From positions 76 to 64,075 of the forward strand of contig JAFGBL010000172.1 in assembly GCA_016933115.1 (NCBI GenBank): a DNA stretch of 64,000 nucleotides. The letters run 5' to 3'. This stretch comes from Bacteroidales bacterium (GTDB lineage: Bacteria; Bacteroidota; Bacteroidia; Bacteroidales; JAADJA01). Of this stretch, positions 60,632-64,000 are shown piece after piece; position 1 is the first letter of the stretch; each line of letters starts with the position of its first letter. The translations under genes were made by a program, and so were the position numbers. The notes beneath the pieces were generated by a model that searched no databases, had not been told where the DNA came from, and worked only from the letters and a program-made list of their open reading frames with translations.

Positions 60632-62744
60632 TGTTTAGTTGTTTTGGTTTCAGTTTTAAAGATGCGATCAAAAACATCCCTTCGCCCGGTTTGGTGTTGA
60701 TGTCCACCGTTCCCTTCACCGATTTGATCTTGTTTACTATATTATTCAATCCCAATCCCGAATTTTGCTTCATCGCTTCTTCCAAGTCAAAACCGATACC
60801 GTCATCGCGGTAATACAAAATTATTTGATTTTCATAACTTTTCAGTTCAATCTTGATGTTTTTGGCCGATGCATGCCGAATCGTATTGTTGATCAACTCC
60901 TTTACTGACTGATAGAGCACAGTCTCCTCAATACCCCGCTGCTCAATGGTATACTGATAAGTAAACACCTCAATGTTGATCGACTCCGTTTTTTTTATAA
61001 AGTTGCAAAAATCATTGACTGCAGCGGCCAATCCGAAATCCTGCAGAATATTGGGCCGGATGTTGCGTGAGATCGTCCGGGTAGAAGTAATTGCCATATC
61101 AACCAGTTCTTCAATGTTTCGCACAGCTTCTTCTTCATCGATCTTTTTGAAATTTTTCTTTTTCAGAAGATCGGTGTACAATTTAACGGTTGAAAGAATT
61201 GGTGCAAGATCATCGTGGAGATCAGCCGCAAAACGCTTTCTTTCGTTTTCCTCGGTTTGAATAATGGTAGTCAGGATGCGGTCTTCCACTTCCTTGCGCT
61301 CGGAAATATCACGGGCAATAGTAAGAATCATTTTTTCACCTTTGTAGTCAAACACACGGCTTTTCATTTCAACCGGAATGGTTAAACCACTTTTGGATAT
61401 GATCTCAGATTCATACTGATGTTGGCCAAATTTTCGGATCCTATTGATGTAAGTATCTACCTTTTGTTTTAACAGCTCAGGTTTGATTTGCCTGATATTC
61501 ATCTTCATAAATTCCTCACGCGAATATCCAAGGTCATCACAAGCGACCTGGTTCACTTCGATAAAGTTGCCTTCAAAATCGATCACAAAAATATCATCGG
61601 AACTATTGTTGAACAGGGTCTGAAAATGGCGTTCGGATTGTTCGAGTGCCTGCTGCGTTTGTTTAAGCTTTTTGGAGGAACGTTCAAGTTGCGATAGGAA
61701 TTTCCTTACATTCTCAGCCGTAATAAAATATACAAAAACCGATAAGGCAAGAATAATAAAACCTGCAATTATCAGTGAATTATAGATCACCTCGCGAACA
61801 AGTGAACCCGTTTCGTCTTTCAGGGGAACTGCGGCAGCAATGTAGACCTTGAAATCGGGATAATAATCCCATGCAGCGATTTTTTTAATCCTGTCGCGTT
61901 TCAAAGTATAAGTCGCTACTCCTGAAGGTTTTGAAAGAATGGTTTCGATGATCGCCTCATCAGTCCACAATTCGCCGGTAGCGTAGGGATGCACTATGAA
62001 ACGCCCGGTTTCATCCAACACAAATGGGAATCCTTTTTTTCCGATTTTCAGGGAAATGATTTTCTGATGTAACTCTTCAATATCTTTTTCCCTGTCACCT
62101 ACATATAACATTCCAATAATTTCATTTCCTCTATAAATGGGTTCATATGCTGTAATATACCAACTATCAACCACAAAGGCCCTTCCAATGTAGGTTTGAC
62201 CTTTTTCCACAGTTTTTACAACGGGTGAATCATTGGGGATAAAAGTGCCAACCGCACGATTGCCATCAGTTTTCATCACGTTGGTCGAAATCCTCATGTA
62301 TCCGATGTCGATCTTCTGGAAAATAGTAGCCGTACCTCCCACCAGTTTGTGAATATCATCGACGAAATTATAATTTTGGTATAGAGATTTCCCATTGTAT
62401 TTCCATACTTTTACCGTTGCGCTGTGGGTTGAACCCGTGACCTGGTTCAGGACGGGAATCCTTACTGTTTCATTTCCAATGGTGAGTTCTCCGTTATAAA
62501 ACAACCGGTGGGCGACTTTCAGGTCTGATTTCACCTTGGCCAGTTTCAGGTCGCGCTCCCGCTCAAACATCTTTTTCAGAGTTTGGACTTCCAGGGTCAA
62601 ATGCCTTTCAAGTGAGTCATTGATATTTTTTTTCAGGTTATTGACAGAAAAAAGTGTTACCGCACTTATTGCTACAACAATTCCAGTTATAATTGGAAGA
62701 TATAAACGAAACTTTGGTGACAACCATTTTTTCTCTTTAAACAT
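60618..62744 (-). CDS. Membrane sensor histidine kinase (Cache-type periplasmic domain, PAS, HisKA_3)
   Basis: Two TM helices flank GGTATIFQ..RISTNV..RAVGT..GRAFVV..YITAYEP (Cache_3/Cache_2-like). PAS domain, EENERKRFAADLHD, DDGIGF and GLGL follow. Confidence 0.92.
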   Translation of the reverse strand: MFKEKKWLSPKFRLYLPIITGIVVAISAVTLFSVNNLKKNINDSLERHLTLEVQTLKKMFERERDLKLAKVKSDLKVAHRLFYNGELTIGNETVRIPVLNQVTGSTHSATVKVWKYNGKSLYQNYNFVDDIHKLVGGTATIFQKIDIGYMRISTNVMKTDGNRAVGTFIPNDSPVVKTVEKGQTYIGRAFVVDSWYITAYEPIYRGNEIIGMLYVGDREKDIEELHQKIISLKIGKKGFPFVLDETGRFIVHPYATGELWTDEAIIETILSKPSGVATYTLKRDRIKKIAAWDYYPDFKVYIAAAVPLKDETGSLVREVIYNSLIIAGFIILALSVFVYFITAENVRKFLSQLERSSKKLKQTQQALEQSERHFQTLFNNSSDDIFVIDFEGNFIEVNQVACDDLGYSREEFMKMNIRQIKPELLKQKVDTYINRIRKFGQHQYESEIISKSGLTIPVEMKSRVFDYKGEKMILTIARDISERKEVEDRILTTIIQTEENERKRFAADLHDDLAPILSTVKLYTDLLKKKNFKKIDEEEAVRNIEELVDMAITSTRTISRNIRPNILQDFGLAAAVNDFCNFIKKTESINIEVFTYQYTIEQRGIEETVLYQSVKELINNTIRHASAKNIKIELKSYENQIILYYRDDGIGFDLEEAMKQNSGLGLNNIVNKIKSVKGTVDINTKPGEGMFLIASLKLKPKQLNNGNS

Positions 62745-63167
62745 TCTACCTGGTATATTTTCAACAAAACTAAAGGAAATTAGAAAGAAATAATAAATAT
62801 CGGTAGTAAATTAGACCCTTAATGCACAGTAAACAATTATTACGGCACTTTAAAATGGCCTGCATTTAAATGATTGTAACCATAGAATCAATAACTCCAA
62901 TTATTCCCTCGCTAAAAAAGAAAGCCCAGGCCATTTAGTCATCCACAAACGGGGCTCCCTAATGCCCTGAATTTTTATTCAGGACCAGGTATCCGACACA
63001 TGGAGCCGGTTATTTACAACTGAAAAAAATTCAGACTGTGGGTTATGTTGGATAAGGTTGTTGCATCAATGAACACAAAACCATTTAAAATTTCCGGGAA
63101 TTGTCTTACCAGAGGGCTTCATTCAAATCACGGGACAACTGGTCATTACTTCTGTGCCGACCGTCAG

Positions 63168-63210
63168 TAAAACAATGGCCGAACAGAAAAAATTTTTCCG
63201 TCCGGCCATT
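63168..63210 (-). terminator. Intrinsic terminator downstream of 63237..63704
   Basis: Minus-strand stem AATGGCCGGACGGAAAA/TTTTCTGTTCGGCCATT (with G-U pairs) followed by GTTTT. Confidence 0.6.
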
Positions 63211-63236
63211 TATAATTATATTTTCCTTTTCGGAGA

Positions 63237-63704
63237 TTACTTATTTTCTTGAACAAAGGGTATTCCTTCCAGGACTTCCATTCTGATACCAGTTAGTATA
63301 TAGCCTTCAATTTGGTAAAATTGCGTGGCAACAATGGCATTGGTAGCCTTTTTGATTTTTTTGTAGTACGTCACAATCAGTTTGTCGGTTGCATTACTCA
63401 GCTTGATCACTTCGGCAGTCCATGCATCTGCCTGTTCGGCGGTCATGGTATTGTACTGGGTTGCATACTGTTCGAGTAAAGAGATTCGTTTCTTTCCGTT
63501 TTCTTTGCGTTCTGCTTCATATTCATCGTAGAGGGTCCAGAAAGCTTCATTCTGGGATTCATCAAGGGTAATAAAGTTAGCAACGATGGCCTTTTTTTCC
63601 ATTCCAAAGGCAGCCTGCATCAGGTCTACTTCTTCTTTAGCTGATTGCGCAAAACTGCTAAAAGCGATGGCTACCAGAGCCAGTAAAATTGTGATTTTTT
63701 TCAT
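63237..63704 (-). CDS. Exported helical hypothetical protein
   Basis: Signal peptide MKKITILLALVAIAFSSFAQ; FWTLYDEYE and FYQIE motifs. Confidence 0.8.
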   Translation of the reverse strand: MKKITILLALVAIAFSSFAQSAKEEVDLMQAAFGMEKKAIVANFITLDESQNEAFWTLYDEYEAERKENGKKRISLLEQYATQYNTMTAEQADAWTAEVIKLSNATDKLIVTYYKKIKKATNAIVATQFYQIEGYILTGIRMEVLEGIPFVQENK

Positions 63705-63748
63705 TTGTAAGAATTTAAAGTTATTGATGATTTATTATTTGGTTTCAT

Positions 63749-64000
63749 TTATTTGACAACCGAATCCTGCCCTTTTATAAACCCTTCCTTAATAAGTTCC
63801 GATTTGATAACATACAGAATATCGTCAAGGGTCTTATCGAGTTGTTCTGGATTGAGTGATGCCGTAGTCCCCGACCACAACAATTTATCCGACTCCAGGG
63901 AATAGATGCTTGTTTCAACGTAAAAAGTTCTGTCCTCCGATACATAACCGGGAGAAGCATGCCGGTAGCCGTAAAATCCGCCATAATACGATGCTGGCTG
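63749..64000 (-). CDS. C-terminal part of a probable lipoprotein (DUF4136-like), 5' end outside the window
   Basis: The frame is open from the window edge: QPASYYGGFYGY...VETSIYSLESDKLLWSG...VVK*. It is absent from the ORF track because it has no start codon in the window. Confidence 0.65.
   Translation of the reverse strand, partial: QPASYYGGFYGYRHASPGYVSEDRTFYVETSIYSLESDKLLWSGTTASLNPEQLDKTLDDILYVIKSELIKEGFIKGQDSVVK

Noticed and set aside
46236-62744. The hyd locus as an integrative mobile element with att sites
   Set aside because: No integrase, transposase or tRNA, and no matching direct repeat found at the far end. Only the local hydE-tail duplication is supported.
63775-63984. 69 aa ORF from the track
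   Set aside because: Wrong frame. The overlapping frame 63749..64000 gives a more protein-like sequence open to the window edge.

Overview
Chromosomal window from an anaerobic Bacteroidota (Bacteroidales-like) genome, inferred from gene content and recurring TAnnTTTG -7 promoter boxes. The first ~41 kb is mostly housekeeping and energy metabolism: a four-subunit 2-oxoacid:ferredoxin oxidoreductase, uvrC, thiL, sufBCDSE-sufT, dxs, purC, phoH, a biotin-dependent acyl-CoA carboxylase, rimP-nusA-infB, tkt and pdxB. It also holds a small orphan sigma54 module (NtrC-type activator plus Hpt protein). 41-46 kb is an ECF sigma/anti-sigma operon ending in two paralogous, internally duplicated outer-membrane beta-barrel proteins. 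The main accessory locus (46.6-62.7 kb, minus strand) is a hydrogen-metabolism cluster. It combines a trimeric group A3 (probably electron-bifurcating) [FeFe]-hydrogenase, the maturases hydG/hydF/hydE and seven signalling genes. One of these is an H-cluster-type ([FeFe]-hydrogenase group C1-like) domain fused to a histidine kinase, with a natural Cys-to-Asp change at the proton-transfer position. Intergenic DNA carries heptamer tandem arrays, several REP-like palindromes and a diverged second copy of the hydE 3' end. I recognised no rRNA, tRNA, CRISPR array, integrase or transposase. All calls come from reading motifs by eye; no database search was run.
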